NCBI GenBank assembly: GCA_965226885.1
Contig: CBDDEL010000010.1
Location: forward strand, 192,001 to 256,000
DNA from: Opitutales bacterium
GTDB lineage: Bacteria > Verrucomicrobiota > Verrucomicrobiia > Opitutales > UBA2987
DNA: 64,000 bases
Direction: 5' to 3'
Below are positions 40,777 through 51,302 of the stretch, one piece after another. Position 1 is the stretch's first letter. The number at the start of each line of letters is the position of its first letter. The position numbers and the translations under genes are program-made. The notes under the pieces are model-generated. The model saw nothing but the letters and a program-made list of their open reading frames with translations. It did no database searches and was not told the DNA's origin.

Positions 40777-42207
40777 ATGAAGAGGAATTTATTTGAGAAG
40801 GTTTGGGCGGCCCATAGCGCGGGGCGGCTGTCGAATGGCAGCACGCATCTGGTGATTGGGACGCATCTGATTCACGAGGTGACGAGTCCGCAGGCTTTCG
40901 GGATGTTGCGGGAGCTTGGGCTGAGGGTGCGCCACCCGGAGCGCACTTTTGCCACGGTGGACCATATTGTGCCGACCCATTCGCAGTCGGAGCCGTTCAG
41001 CGATCCTATGGCCGATGAGATGATTCGGGAATTGCGGCGCAATTGTGAGGATTTCGGGATCACTTTTTTCGACCTGCCGTCGGGTAAACAGGGGATCGTC
41101 CATATCGTGGGGCCTGAATTGGGCATCACGCAGCCAGGGACGACGATTGCCTGCGGAGATTCCCACACGTCCACCCACGGGGCTTTCGGAGCCATCGCTT
41201 TCGGCATCGGGACTACCCAGGTGCGGGACGTGCTGGCCACGCAGACCATCGCCATGGACAAGCTGAAGGTGCGCCGGATCAATGTGAACGGCCGCCTGGC
41301 GCCGGGGGTCTATGCCAAGGATGTGATTTTGCACATCATCCGCACTTTGGGGGTGAAGGGCGGCATCGGATTTGCCTACGAATACGGGGGAGAGGTTTTC
41401 GAGCGGTTTACGATGGAGGAGCGTATGACGGTCTGCAATATGTCCATCGAGGGAGCGGCCCGCTGCGGTTATGTGAATCCCGACGAGACCACTTTTGATT
41501 ATTTAAAGGGACGGCCGTATTGCCCTGTGGGGCAGGATTGGGAGGAGGCGGTTGCAGGATGGCGCTCGATGGCGTCGGATGCCGGTTGTTCCTACGACGA
41601 TGTGGTGGAAATCGACGCGGGCGACATCGGGCCGACGGTGACGTGGGGGATCAATCCCGGACAGGCGGTCTTTATCGATGAAAATATTCCCGATCCGGAT
41701 ACCCTGTCCAACGGCGACCGGGAGACGGCCAGGGAAGCCATTGCCCACATGAAATTGAGGCCCGGTCAGCCGATCGCGGGAACGCCCATTGATGTGGCTT
41801 TTATCGGAAGCTGCACCAATGGCCGTATTTCGGACTTGCAGGAGGCGGCCCTTTTCCTGCCGGGGCACCATGTTTCGCCGGGAGTCAAGGCCATCGTGGT
41901 GCCGGGTTCGCAACTGGTCAGCGTGATGGCCGAAAATCAGGGCCTGGACAAGATTTTCATTGAGGCCGGTTTTGAATGGCGCAGGGCAGGCTGCTCGATG
42001 TGCCTGGCCATGAATCCGGACAAGCTGGTGGGCGATCAACTTTGCGCCAGCGCCAGCAACCGCAATTTCAAGGGGCGGCAGGGCAGCCCGACCGGCCGTA
42101 CCGTGCTGATGAGCCCGTTGATGGTGGCGGCCGCCGCGGTAACAGGGAAAATCAGCGACGCGCGGGAGGTATTCGACCTAAAAAGCACAGCCGCCGGTGA
42201 AAATTAA
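40777..42207 (+). CDS. leuC: 3-isopropylmalate dehydratase large subunit
   Basis: [29 protein letters not shown] and CSMCLAMN motifs. Confidence 0.97.
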   Translation: MKRNLFEKVWAAHSAGRLSNGSTHLVIGTHLIHEVTSPQAFGMLRELGLRVRHPERTFATVDHIVPTHSQSEPFSDPMADEMIRELRRNCEDFGITFFDLPSGKQGIVHIVGPELGITQPGTTIACGDSHTSTHGAFGAIAFGIGTTQVRDVLATQTIAMDKLKVRRINVNGRLAPGVYAKDVILHIIRTLGVKGGIGFAYEYGGEVFERFTMEERMTVCNMSIEGAARCGYVNPDETTFDYLKGRPYCPVGQDWEEAVAGWRSMASDAGCSYDDVVEIDAGDIGPTVTWGINPGQAVFIDENIPDPDTLSNGDRETAREAIAHMKLRPGQPIAGTPIDVAFIGSCTNGRISDLQEAALFLPGHHVSPGVKAIVVPGSQLVSVMAENQGLDKIFIEAGFEWRRAGCSMCLAMNPDKLVGDQLCASASNRNFKGRQGSPTGRTVLMSPLMVAAAAVTGKISDAREVFDLKSTAAGEN

Positions 42208-42252
42208 GCTCCAACTTTTAACCACGGAACCACGGATAAATTTAGAAAAATC

Positions 42253-42855
42253 ATGGCATTAGCGAAAATAACGGAAATTACCGGTCGGGGTATCCACTTG
42301 GGGGGGGATGAGGTCGATACGGACCGCATCATCCCAGCGCGCTACCTTAAAAGCATCACTTTCGATGGTTTGGGGGAATTCGCATTTTACGATGAGCGGT
42401 TCGATGGAGAGGGCCATGAAAAGCCGCACCCGATGAACGATGAGCGTTTCAAGAATGCCTCGATCCTACTCGTGGGGTCGAATTTCGGCTGTGGCAGCTC
42501 GCGGGAACATGCTCCTCAGTCGCTGTATCGTTACGGCATTCGGGCCATCCTGGGGGTGAGTTTTGCGGAAATATTTTACGGAAACTCGATCCAGTTGGGC
42601 ATGCCTTGCCTGACCCTGGCGAAAGAAGATATCGAAAAAATCGCGTCTGCCGTGGAGGAAAATCCGGATACGCAGATTCGTGTCAATATCGCTGCTAACG
42701 CCGTTTCGTGTAATGGGGAGGTTTACCCGGCAGGTTTGCCCAGGGGGTCGCAGTCAAGCCTGGTCGAAGGCCGCTGGGATCCCATCGGAGAGTTGCTCGA
42801 AAATGGCGAGAGTGTTGACAGGGTGATTGGCTCCCTTCCCTATATGAATTTATGA
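42253..42855 (+). CDS. leuD: 3-isopropylmalate dehydratase small subunit
   Basis: DTDRIIPA and NFGCGSSREHAP motifs. Confidence 0.97.
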   Translation: MALAKITEITGRGIHLGGDEVDTDRIIPARYLKSITFDGLGEFAFYDERFDGEGHEKPHPMNDERFKNASILLVGSNFGCGSSREHAPQSLYRYGIRAILGVSFAEIFYGNSIQLGMPCLTLAKEDIEKIASAVEENPDTQIRVNIAANAVSCNGEVYPAGLPRGSQSSLVEGRWDPIGELLENGESVDRVIGSLPYMNL

Positions 42856-42858
42856 ATT

Positions 42859-42888
42859 AATCAGGAATGGTTTCCCGATTCTTTTTTT
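42859..42888 (+). terminator. Possible intrinsic terminator after leuD
   Basis: AATCAGGAA / TTCCCGATT imperfect stem followed by T7. Confidence 0.4.
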
Positions 42889-42938
42889 CAACGCCCCTGA
42901 TTCCTCTGCCATGAGCATCCAAAACGACCCATCCTGCC

Positions 42939-43520
42939 ATGATTAATCTGATCGAGGGTGCGGGTATTTTTATTTGGCCGCTGGGGCTGTGCTCTATATT
43001 TGGGTTATTTATTATTGTGGAAAGGTTTTATGCCTTGATGCCGGGCAAAATAATGCCACTGCATATTGTGGACAGCCTGATCGAGGGCAAAATCCCCGAG
43101 GTAGCCGACGATTCGGTGGGAGGCCGAATTTTGCAGTATTATCTGCGGAATAAGCCCGATGCTGAGCAATTGAAGGCCTTCGCCCGGTTTGAAGTCACCC
43201 GCATGGAGCGGGGGTTGTTTATCCTCGAGATCGTGGTTTCGGCGGCTCCCCTGATCGGTTTGCTGGGCACGGTGACGGGCCTGGTTAAAGTGTTCGCCAA
43301 TATCTCTATAGATACCGGGATGCCCGATCCGGGAACCTTCATTGAGGGCATCGCCTTGGCTTTAACCACCACCATGCTGGGTCTCTCTATCGCCATTCCG
43401 GCCCTCGTTGGCAATCACATGCTGATTCGGCGGATCGATACCCTGGCGGCGCGGCTCAGCGTGGGCGTCGAGCGTTTGATAGATTTGGGCAATAACAATA
43501 ATAAAGAGGACGAGGAATGA
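42939..43520 (+). CDS. MotA/TolQ/ExbB proton channel family protein
   Basis: APLIGLLGTVTGL and GIALALTTTMLGL motifs. Confidence 0.92.
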   Translation: MINLIEGAGIFIWPLGLCSIFGLFIIVERFYALMPGKIMPLHIVDSLIEGKIPEVADDSVGGRILQYYLRNKPDAEQLKAFARFEVTRMERGLFILEIVVSAAPLIGLLGTVTGLVKVFANISIDTGMPDPGTFIEGIALALTTTMLGLSIAIPALVGNHMLIRRIDTLAARLSVGVERLIDLGNNNNKEDEE

Positions 43521-43915
43521 GCTTGGTCCTGCGCCCCCATCGGCGCAAGCCGGAGATCAACATCGTGCCGTTGGTCGATGTGCTCATTGTGCTGATTTTC
43601 TTTTTCCTCGTTTCGATGCAGTTTCGTAACCTCACCACCCTCAATTTGGTGCTACCCAAAATCGAGACGGCGGGGAAAAACAAGCTGGTCGAGCAAATCG
43701 AAATAGCGGTCGATGCGGAAGGCCAATTCTATTTCAGCGGCAGTCTTGTCTCCAAAGAGGCCCTGCGGGCGGCCGTAAAAATTCAGGCCAGCATCGACAA
43801 AGAGGTGCCGGTTCTGGTCATGGCCGATGAGGAGACGTACCTCAAAAGCGTGACCTTTATCATGGATATTTGCCGGGAGGCGGGACTGGAGAAAATCCGG
43901 CTGCAATCGCGCTGA
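43517..43915 (+). CDS. exbD: ExbD/TolR biopolymer transport protein
   Basis: INIVPLVDVLIVLIFFFLV motif; coupled to the upstream ExbB-like gene. Confidence 0.9.
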   Translation: MSLVLRPHRRKPEINIVPLVDVLIVLIFFFLVSMQFRNLTTLNLVLPKIETAGKNKLVEQIEIAVDAEGQFYFSGSLVSKEALRAAVKIQASIDKEVPVLVMADEETYLKSVTFIMDICREAGLEKIRLQSR

Positions 43916-43935
43916 GGCTGGCAGGTTTTCGGGAG

Positions 43936-45120
43936 TCAGGCTTCGAAATCCACTTCCGGTTCGGTCTCGGCCTCATAATCGACCCCCTTCAACCCAAAAC
44001 CGAAGAGCCTCAAAAAATCTTCCCGGTATCCGGCGAAATCCGAAAAATCGTCGAGGTTTTCAGTAACGGCCTTATCCCAATGGGATTGGGCCACTTTCTG
44101 CACCTCAGGCCTCATTTCCAGATCGTCCAGGCGCACCCGCCCCGCATCGTCGAACTGGGGTCTGGAGCCATTGAACATTTGGTCCCGGTATAGACGGTAA
44201 ATTTGCTCGATGCAGCCCTCGTGGGTGCCATTTTCTTTCATAACCTTGAAAAGCAGTGAGATATAGAGGGGCACAACCGGAATGGCGGAACTGGATTGGG
44301 TGACGACCGCTTTGTTGACGGAGATAAAAGCGCCGCCGCCAGCCTTTAACCGGCTGTCGATTTTGCGGGCGGATGCCTCCAAATCTTCCTTGGCCATGCC
44401 GATGGTTCCATTTTTGTAAACCGGCCAGGTAACTTCCGGCCCGATGTAGGAATAGGCAATGGAACGGGCGCCGTCCGCCAGGACGCCGGCATCGAAAAGG
44501 GCGGATATCCACATCTCCCAATCTTCACCTCCCATAACCGCTTTGGTGGCGGCGATTTCATCCTCGCTGGCCGGGTTGATGATTACCTCGGCAACCCTCT
44601 TCTTGTCCGTATTGAGGGTCTTGGCCGTAAACGGCTGGCCAATTGGCTTGAGGACAGCTCTGAAATTTTCCCCCGTTTTGGGGTGGGTGCGCCGAGGAGA
44701 GGCCAGACTGTAAATTACCAGGTCCACCATTCCCGGACCGTTTTTAATCACCTCGATCGTTTGACCCTTAATCTCGTCGGAAAATGCGTCGCCGTTTACG
44801 CTGGCAGCAAATAACCCGGCCTCTTTCGCTTTTTTCTCAATGGCGATAGAATTATACCAGCCCGCAGAGGCCGTCCGGCCGTTTATGGAAGGGCGCTCAA
44901 AAAAAACGCCCACCGTGCCCGCCCGGCAAGCGAATGCACTTGCAATCCTGGAAGCCAGCCCATAACCGGTGGAGGCTCCGATTATTAACACGTTTTTGGG
45001 TCCCTCGCTAAGAGGGCCTTGCGTTTTAATGTAATCGATTTGTTCCTGCACATTGGCGGCGCATCCCTCGGGATGGGCGGTCACACAAACAAATCCGCGA
45101 ATTTTGGGTTTGATGATCAT
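43936..45120 (-). CDS. fabV: Enoyl-ACP reductase FabV / trans-2-enoyl-CoA reductase
   Basis: MIIKPKIRGFVCVTAHPEGC, GASTGYGLASRI, YSLASP and GTIGMAK motifs. Confidence 0.95.
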   Translation of the reverse strand: MIIKPKIRGFVCVTAHPEGCAANVQEQIDYIKTQGPLSEGPKNVLIIGASTGYGLASRIASAFACRAGTVGVFFERPSINGRTASAGWYNSIAIEKKAKEAGLFAASVNGDAFSDEIKGQTIEVIKNGPGMVDLVIYSLASPRRTHPKTGENFRAVLKPIGQPFTAKTLNTDKKRVAEVIINPASEDEIAATKAVMGGEDWEMWISALFDAGVLADGARSIAYSYIGPEVTWPVYKNGTIGMAKEDLEASARKIDSRLKAGGGAFISVNKAVVTQSSSAIPVVPLYISLLFKVMKENGTHEGCIEQIYRLYRDQMFNGSRPQFDDAGRVRLDDLEMRPEVQKVAQSHWDKAVTENLDDFSDFAGYREDFLRLFGFGLKGVDYEAETEPEVDFEA

Positions 45121-45236
45121 GGCGCTGACGACTTCCAGTTTCCCTAAGTTAGGCAAACTTCATCCCAATTCAAAGGAAAAAGATGAGAAAGATTCTTGCC
45201 TATGATAGGCGGAATGCAAACAATCGGCCCTACCTG

Positions 45237-46556
45237 ATGAAATTGGAAATTCTAAATCCCCTCCGTTGGAAATTTCACTGGCAGATACTGGCCGCTCTGT
45301 TTCTGGCCGCCATCTCGGGCTCAGTCCTGAACGGGGTCGATACCGCGGCAAGCGCCGTTGCAGGAGGGTTCCTGGAAACCTGCGTGTTTCTCGGCGACCT
45401 TTTCATGAACGCACTCAAAATGGTCGTCGTTCCCCTCATTGTCTCGTCCATCATCAGTGGGATAATGAGTCTGGGTTCGGAACGCGATTTCGGGCGCATG
45501 GGCCTGAAAACCCTGATTTATTATACCGTTACCGGCCTGTTGGCCATATGTGTGGGGCTTATCGCGGTCAACACTATCCGTCCGGGAAATGTCGATCTCG
45601 CCACGGCCGAAAAAATAATCGGGCAACAGGAGGTTTCGGATGCCTTCATAGCTAAATTCGAGGGCCGCAGCAGCGGGGAGATGGTCGATATCTTCAAACG
45701 AATGCTACCGCCCAATATCTTCCTTGCGGCGACCGATAATGGACAACTGCTGGGGTTGATCTGCTTCAGCCTCCTGTTTGGTTATTTTATCGGGAAATTG
45801 CCCGGCACTCAGCGGGAATTTCAAAAAAACCTCTGGGAAAGCATCCAGAGGGTGATGATGCTGATCACCGATTTGATTATCCGTTTTGCCCCCATCGGCG
45901 TGTTCGGGCTGGTCACTCCAGTCATTGCCAGGACCGGATTAGAGGTATTTCAACCCCTGGCCTGGTTTCTCCTGACGGTTCTCATTTCCCTTGGTTTCCA
46001 TCTTTTCGTTACCTTGGGTCTGCTCCTGAAATTTGTCGGAAAAATCAATCCGGCCAAACATTACAAAGCCATGGCTCCGGTCTTTTTAATGGCATTTTCG
46101 ACCGCTTCCTCGGCCTCCACCCTGCCAATTACGCTGGAAACGGTGGAAAGAGACGCCGGGGTCTCCAACCGCACGGCCAGTTTTACCCTGCCCCTCGGAG
46201 CCACCGTGAATATGGACGGCACGGCCCTCTATGAATGTGTTGTGGTCATTTTTATCGCCCAGTTTTACGGTGTCGTGCATGGATTTGAGATCGGCTTCGC
46301 CCAGCAATTCACGGTCGTGCTACTCGCTTTGCTGACATCGGTTGGAGTGGCGGGGATACCCTCTGCCAGCCTTGTCGCCATTACGGTCATTTTGGGTGTG
46401 GTCGGATTGCCTTTGGAGGCCGTGGGACTGGTTTGGGTAACGGACCGTATTCTGGACATGTGCCGGACCTCCGTTAATGTATTCAGCGACACTTGCGGCG
46501 CGGTCATCATCGGGCGGACAGAAGGAGAGACAGGCATTTACCCGGAAACGGGTTGA
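45237..46556 (+). CDS. Dicarboxylate/amino acid:cation symporter (GltP-like)
   Basis: AFSTASSASTLP, GATVNMDGTALY and DRILDMCRT motifs. Start uncertain. Confidence 0.93.
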   Translation: MKLEILNPLRWKFHWQILAALFLAAISGSVLNGVDTAASAVAGGFLETCVFLGDLFMNALKMVVVPLIVSSIISGIMSLGSERDFGRMGLKTLIYYTVTGLLAICVGLIAVNTIRPGNVDLATAEKIIGQQEVSDAFIAKFEGRSSGEMVDIFKRMLPPNIFLAATDNGQLLGLICFSLLFGYFIGKLPGTQREFQKNLWESIQRVMMLITDLIIRFAPIGVFGLVTPVIARTGLEVFQPLAWFLLTVLISLGFHLFVTLGLLLKFVGKINPAKHYKAMAPVFLMAFSTASSASTLPITLETVERDAGVSNRTASFTLPLGATVNMDGTALYECVVVIFIAQFYGVVHGFEIGFAQQFTVVLLALLTSVGVAGIPSASLVAITVILGVVGLPLEAVGLVWVTDRILDMCRTSVNVFSDTCGAVIIGRTEGETGIYPETG

Positions 46557-46591
46557 TCCGGGCCGGGCTACAGGTCACATTTTCCGCAGGC

Positions 46592-48670
46592 ATGTCGAAG
46601 CCATTCCAGCTCCGGGCCGACTACAAGCCCACTGGTGATCAGCCGGAGGCCATCAAGGCGCTTGTGCGCTCCATTAAATCGGGCCATCGCTACCAGACGC
46701 TGCTCGGGGTGACCGGCTCGGGCAAGACTTTCACGGTGGCCAACCTCATTGAGCGGACGCAGCGGCCCACCCTTGTCATTTCCCATAACAAAACCCTGGC
46801 CGCCCAGTTGTATTCCGAGTTTAAAAACTTTTTCCCCCACAACGCGGTCGAATACTTTGTCAGCTATTACGATTATTATCAGCCGGAGGCTTATATCCCG
46901 CAATCCGACACCTATATCGAAAAGGATTCCTCCATTAACGACGAAATCGAGCGGCTCCGCATCTCCGCCACCAGCGCCCTCATCAGCCGCCGGGACGTCA
47001 TCGTGGTGGCCAGCGTTTCCTGCATCTACGGGCTCGGTTCTCCCGACGATTTCAAGGAAATGATGATTGCCATCAACCCCGGCGCCGAACTGCCCAGGGA
47101 CGCCTTTCTCCAGCGGCTGGTGGAAAATCTTTATCAGCGCAACGACATTGCCTTTGAGCGGGGCTGCTTCCGGGTGCGGGGCGAAGTGGTGGACGTCTTT
47201 CCCGCCTACATGGAAAGCGCCATCCGCATCGAGTTCTGGGGCGACGAAGTGGAAGCGGTCAAGGAACTCAACCCCCTGACCGGTGAAACGGGGGCCGTTT
47301 TGGAGCATTTTCATCTCTATCCGGCCAATCAATACATAACGCCCAGAAACAAAATCGAACGGGCCGTCGGCGCCATCAAAGCGGAACTTGCCGAGCGGAT
47401 CAGCTATTTTGAGAGGGAAAACAAGCTGATCGAGGCCCAGCGCATCCGCATGCGCACCGATTACGATCTCGAACTTTTGCAGGAAATGGGTTTTTGCACC
47501 GGCATCGAAAATTATTCCCGGCACCTCTCCGGCCGCCGGGAAGGGGAGCGGCCCTTTTGCCTGATCGATTTCTTCCCACAGGATTTCCTTCTTGTGATGG
47601 ACGAAAGCCATGCCACCGTTCCCCAGATCGGGGCCATGTACAAAGGCGACCGCTCGCGCAAGGAACGGCTCGTCGAATACGGATTCCGCCTGCCTTCGGC
47701 CCTCGACAATCGGCCTCTGCGGGCGGAGGAGTTCGAGGCCGTCACCGGACAGACCGTTTTCATGTCCGCCACTCCCTCGCCCCGCGAGTTGGAATTGTCT
47801 TCCGTGGTGGCAGAGCAGGTCATCCGCCCCACCGGATTGCTCGACCCGGAACTCGAAATCCGCCCCTCCGATGGGCAGGTCGAGGATTTGATTGGAGAAA
47901 TTTATCAATGCGTCGAGGAAAATGAACGCGTCCTCGTCACCACATTGACCAAACGCATGTCGGAAGACCTCTCCGATTATTTGCGGGAGCGGAAAATCCG
48001 CGTGGAATACCTACACAGCGACATCGACGCCATCGAGCGCATTGAAATCCTCCGCAACCTGCGCCGGGGCGATTTCGACGTGCTGGTGGGCATCAATCTC
48101 CTGCGCGAGGGCCTCGACCTGCCCGAAGTGGCCCTGGTGGCCATCCTCGACGCCGACAAAGAGGGTTTTCTGCGCAGCCGCACCAGCCTTATACAGACGG
48201 CAGGCCGGGCCGCCCGCCACGAGAAAGGCCGCGTCATATTCTACGCCAACAAAATGACCAATTCAGTCCGGTCGGCGGAAGACGTCACCCTTGGCCGGAG
48301 GGAAAAACAGCTCGCCTACAACCGGGAACACGGCATCACCCCCAAAGGCGTCAAACGGGCGGTGCAGGCCAGTCTTCATTATGGCCGCAAAGAGGAGGAA
48401 ATCGACCCCATCTGTGTGTCCGAGGCTGGAGGAGACGAAGAGGTGGCCGTCGTCATCGCGGAACTGGAGGAGGAAATGATCGCCGCCGCCAACGACCTCC
48501 AATTCGAGCGCGCGGCCCTCCTCCGCGACCAGGTGGAAGCCCTCCGCAAAGGTGACTTCGGCGACGGCAAAGCAAAGCGCCGCTATGGCTCAACCTATCA
48601 AAGAAGCCCCATCAAACGCCGAGCCAAAAAAGTCCACAAAGGCAAAACCTACAAACCGAGACGCAGGTAA
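46592..48670 (+). CDS. uvrB: Excinuclease ABC subunit B
   Basis: PTGDQPEAI, GVTGSGKT, YYDYYQPEAY, DESH and LLREGLDLPEV motifs; C-terminal UVR domain. Confidence 0.98.
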   Translation: MSKPFQLRADYKPTGDQPEAIKALVRSIKSGHRYQTLLGVTGSGKTFTVANLIERTQRPTLVISHNKTLAAQLYSEFKNFFPHNAVEYFVSYYDYYQPEAYIPQSDTYIEKDSSINDEIERLRISATSALISRRDVIVVASVSCIYGLGSPDDFKEMMIAINPGAELPRDAFLQRLVENLYQRNDIAFERGCFRVRGEVVDVFPAYMESAIRIEFWGDEVEAVKELNPLTGETGAVLEHFHLYPANQYITPRNKIERAVGAIKAELAERISYFERENKLIEAQRIRMRTDYDLELLQEMGFCTGIENYSRHLSGRREGERPFCLIDFFPQDFLLVMDESHATVPQIGAMYKGDRSRKERLVEYGFRLPSALDNRPLRAEEFEAVTGQTVFMSATPSPRELELSSVVAEQVIRPTGLLDPELEIRPSDGQVEDLIGEIYQCVEENERVLVTTLTKRMSEDLSDYLRERKIRVEYLHSDIDAIERIEILRNLRRGDFDVLVGINLLREGLDLPEVALVAILDADKEGFLRSRTSLIQTAGRAARHEKGRVIFYANKMTNSVRSAEDVTLGRREKQLAYNREHGITPKGVKRAVQASLHYGRKEEEIDPICVSEAGGDEEVAVVIAELEEEMIAAANDLQFERAALLRDQVEALRKGDFGDGKAKRRYGSTYQRSPIKRRAKKVHKGKTYKPRRR

Positions 48671-48813
48671 AATAGGCATGCTAATCCTGGATTTGGGTGA
48701 GAAATTGATAAAGGCAGGTTGAGCGGGCTTCTACCGGCACGTTTTTTGATTTCGCGGCTAACTCAGTCCTGCCAGTGGTTACCGCCATGGAATGGCGGTG
48801 AAATGCCTTGAAA

Positions 48814-49101
48814 TCAGGCTGGGAGCGCTTTTTTGACTTTGATCCGGGATGCGTTTTTCTCGGCTTGGGCGAGGTCATAATCCATTTGTATGCCGAGCCA
48901 GACTTCGGGGCTGCTGCCAAATGCCTTGGACAGACGGATGGCCATTTCCGGGGATACGCCGTTCTTGCCATTGACAAGATTGCTCAGGGTAAGGCGGGTT
49001 ACACCGAGAATCTCAGCGGCTTTGGTAATGCTCAGGCCGAGCGGTTCCAGGCATTCGTGCCTGACAAGTCTTCCGGGATGAGGCGGGTTTTTCATTCTCA
49101 T
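48814..49101 (-). CDS. higA: HigA family antitoxin
   Basis: NPPHPG, HTH, SPEMAIRLSKAFGSSPEVWLGIQ motifs. Confidence 0.93.
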   Translation of the reverse strand: MRMKNPPHPGRLVRHECLEPLGLSITKAAEILGVTRLTLSNLVNGKNGVSPEMAIRLSKAFGSSPEVWLGIQMDYDLAQAEKNASRIKVKKALPA

Positions 49102-49117
49102 GGTTTTTTCTTCCTAA

Positions 49118-49396
49118 TTAATGGTAGTCTATTAAATCCACATCGTGAGCGTGGCCTTGCTTAATCCTGAAAATGACACGCCAGTTGCGGCCTACGGTGA
49201 CGGACCAGAAGCCTTTGAGTTCGCCTTTTAGCGGGTGCAGGTTGAAACCTGGAAAGGCCATGTGCTCCGGTTTCGCGGTACGATTCAAGGCGACAAGGAT
49301 ATGTTCGAGTTTTTTCACATGCTGAGCTGATATTTTGCTTCGGTCTGCGTTCTCAAACAGGAGTTGCAGCCCTTTGTGTCGGAAGTTCTGTATCAC
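49118..49396 (-). CDS. higB: HigB/RelE family toxin
   Basis: GTG start. IQNFRHKGL...LHPLKGELKGFWSVTVGRNWRVIFR...DYH; toxin-first gene order. Confidence 0.93.
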   Translation of the reverse strand: MIQNFRHKGLQLLFENADRSKISAQHVKKLEHILVALNRTAKPEHMAFPGFNLHPLKGELKGFWSVTVGRNWRVIFRIKQGHAHDVDLIDYH

Positions 49397-49402
49397 AATA
49401 CG

Positions 49403-49431
49403 GCTGTATATGGCATATATGCACTTGTCAA
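49403..49431 (-). promoter_or_regulatory. Sigma70-type promoter of higBA with palindromic operator
   Basis: TTGACA (49431-49426), 17-bp spacer containing the palindrome GCATATATGC (49413-49422), -10-like TACAGC (49408-49403). Confidence 0.65.
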
Positions 49432-49538
49432 TCGTCAATCGATTCCCGATTTTTTCTTTTTGATTGCCATCGAAAGTGTAATTTTTTTGTTGTTTCTGGC
49501 ACAATCGAGATAGAGGCTCTGGCGTTGGGAAACGGAAG

Positions 49539-51302
49539 ATGACGGAATTGGAAACGGAAAAACCATTGTGGAAGCGGCCGGGGCGGTGGGTTTCTTTTTT
49601 GGGCGTGTGTTTGGGGGTTTGTTTGTTTTTCTGGATGCTGCCGGCGAATCCTGCGGTGGTTCCGGAGGGTCGGGCGGTGGGGCATTGGTCGTCCATTCTG
49701 CCACCTGTTTTTGCTGTTGTGGTGGCATTGCATTTTCGCACTTTGATTTGGGCGCTTTCTTCGGCTTTTGTCCTGGGGACCTTTTTGTCTTATGCGCCGG
49801 ATTATGTCTGGGCCCTGCCGCTGGGGGTGAAGAATTTCATCTGGGTGAATTTTACCCAACAGTTCAACCTCTACATTTTCGCTTTTCTGTTTTCCTTGGT
49901 GGGACTGATCCATGTGGCCTATCGGTGCGGGGGCATTCATGGGCTTGTGACCAAGATCAACCGGGTGGCGCGCGGGCCGCGTTCAACCAAGCTGGCCACT
50001 TCGCTGGCCGGGCTGGCCATTTTTTTCGACGATTATTCGAATACCGTGGTAGTCGGCTCAACCATGCGGGCACTGTCGGACAAGTGGAAGATTTCACGGG
50101 AAAAACTGGCCTACCTGGTCGATTCGACGACCGCGCCCATCGCGGGGGTGGCCCTGCTCTCCACCTGGATCGCTTTCGAGGTGCTTCTTTTCAACCAGGT
50201 ATCCAGTCATTTGGGTCTGCATGAGGGCGGCTATGCCATGTTCGTGAAAATCCTGCCCTATCGTTTTTATTGTTGGGGGACATTGCTATTCGTATTTTTC
50301 ACCTCGGCCCTGGGGAGGGATTTCGGGCCCATGTACCAGGCTGAAAAACGGGCCGCCCTGGAAGGCAAAGTGATCGCAGACGGGGCCCGCCTGCTGACGC
50401 ATGAAAAAGGCGGCGCTCTGGAGCCGGTTGAGGGCAAACCCCAACGCTGGATCAACGCGGTCCTCCCGTTAATCATCGTGATCGGCGGAACCCTGGGCGG
50501 CATCCTGCTGGTGGGGCGCTCCAAGGTGCTGGCCGACGGGGGCAGTTTTTACTTTTCCAGCATGGGCGATTTGCGGGCCGCCTTCGGCATGGTGACCGAT
50601 CCTTACCGAACACCGGGCGGGGCCATGAGAATTCTGTTTATTGCTTCGTTTAGCGGGGGAGTGGTCGTTGTGGCTATGGCGTTGAGCCAGAAAATCCTGT
50701 CCTTTCGGGAAGCGGGCAAAGCCTATATGCAGGCCCTGCCGACGCTCTGGATGGCCTTTTTCATCCTCATCATGGCCTGGGGAATGAGCAAAATCTGCAC
50801 CGACGGCGTGCATACCGACACCTATCTGATTTCTCTATTGGGTGGGCGTATGGAACTGGTTTTCCTGCCCTTGTCGGTATTTCTGGTGGCCTCCGGAATG
50901 TCTTTTGCCACGGGCACGAGTTTCGGCACCATGGGGATACTGATTCCGGTCATATTGCCGCTCTCCTATGCCTTGGGCGCTTATGAGGAAGGGAACCAGA
51001 TCATTTTCTGGCTGACGGCGGCGGCCATCATGGACGGGGCTATTTTTGGCGACCATTGCAGCCCCATCAGCGATACCACCGTGCTCTCCTCGATATCGGC
51101 CGGTTGCGATCATATCGACCACGTCAGCACGCAAATGGCCTACGCTTTGACTACTATGGTGATAGCCGCATCCGCCGGTTACCTGGCGGTGGCATCGGGC
51201 ATGCCGGGATGGCTTTACTTTCTGATTTTCCCCGCCTGCACCCTGGGGATACTCCTGATCATCGGGAAAAAAGTGCCTGCGCCTAAATTAGACAATCCCT
51301 AG
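49539..51302 (+). CDS. Na+/H+ antiporter NhaC family protein
   Basis: FFDDYSN, SREKLAYLVDST, ATGTSFGT and GDHCSPISDTTVLSS motifs. Confidence 0.92.
   Translation: MTELETEKPLWKRPGRWVSFLGVCLGVCLFFWMLPANPAVVPEGRAVGHWSSILPPVFAVVVALHFRTLIWALSSAFVLGTFLSYAPDYVWALPLGVKNFIWVNFTQQFNLYIFAFLFSLVGLIHVAYRCGGIHGLVTKINRVARGPRSTKLATSLAGLAIFFDDYSNTVVVGSTMRALSDKWKISREKLAYLVDSTTAPIAGVALLSTWIAFEVLLFNQVSSHLGLHEGGYAMFVKILPYRFYCWGTLLFVFFTSALGRDFGPMYQAEKRAALEGKVIADGARLLTHEKGGALEPVEGKPQRWINAVLPLIIVIGGTLGGILLVGRSKVLADGGSFYFSSMGDLRAAFGMVTDPYRTPGGAMRILFIASFSGGVVVVAMALSQKILSFREAGKAYMQALPTLWMAFFILIMAWGMSKICTDGVHTDTYLISLLGGRMELVFLPLSVFLVASGMSFATGTSFGTMGILIPVILPLSYALGAYEEGNQIIFWLTAAAIMDGAIFGDHCSPISDTTVLSSISAGCDHIDHVSTQMAYALTTMVIAASAGYLAVASGMPGWLYFLIFPACTLGILLIIGKKVPAPKLDNP

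Noticed and set aside
48779..48800. Hairpin ACCGCCAT-GGA-ATGGCGGT between uvrB and higA as attC or an ncRNA
   Set aside because: No R-box architecture. At most a terminator-like stem without a clear U-tract.
49397..49741. 207-aa long form of the toxin
   Set aside because: The extension overlaps the promoter and the divergent NhaC gene. HigB homology starts at GTG 49396.
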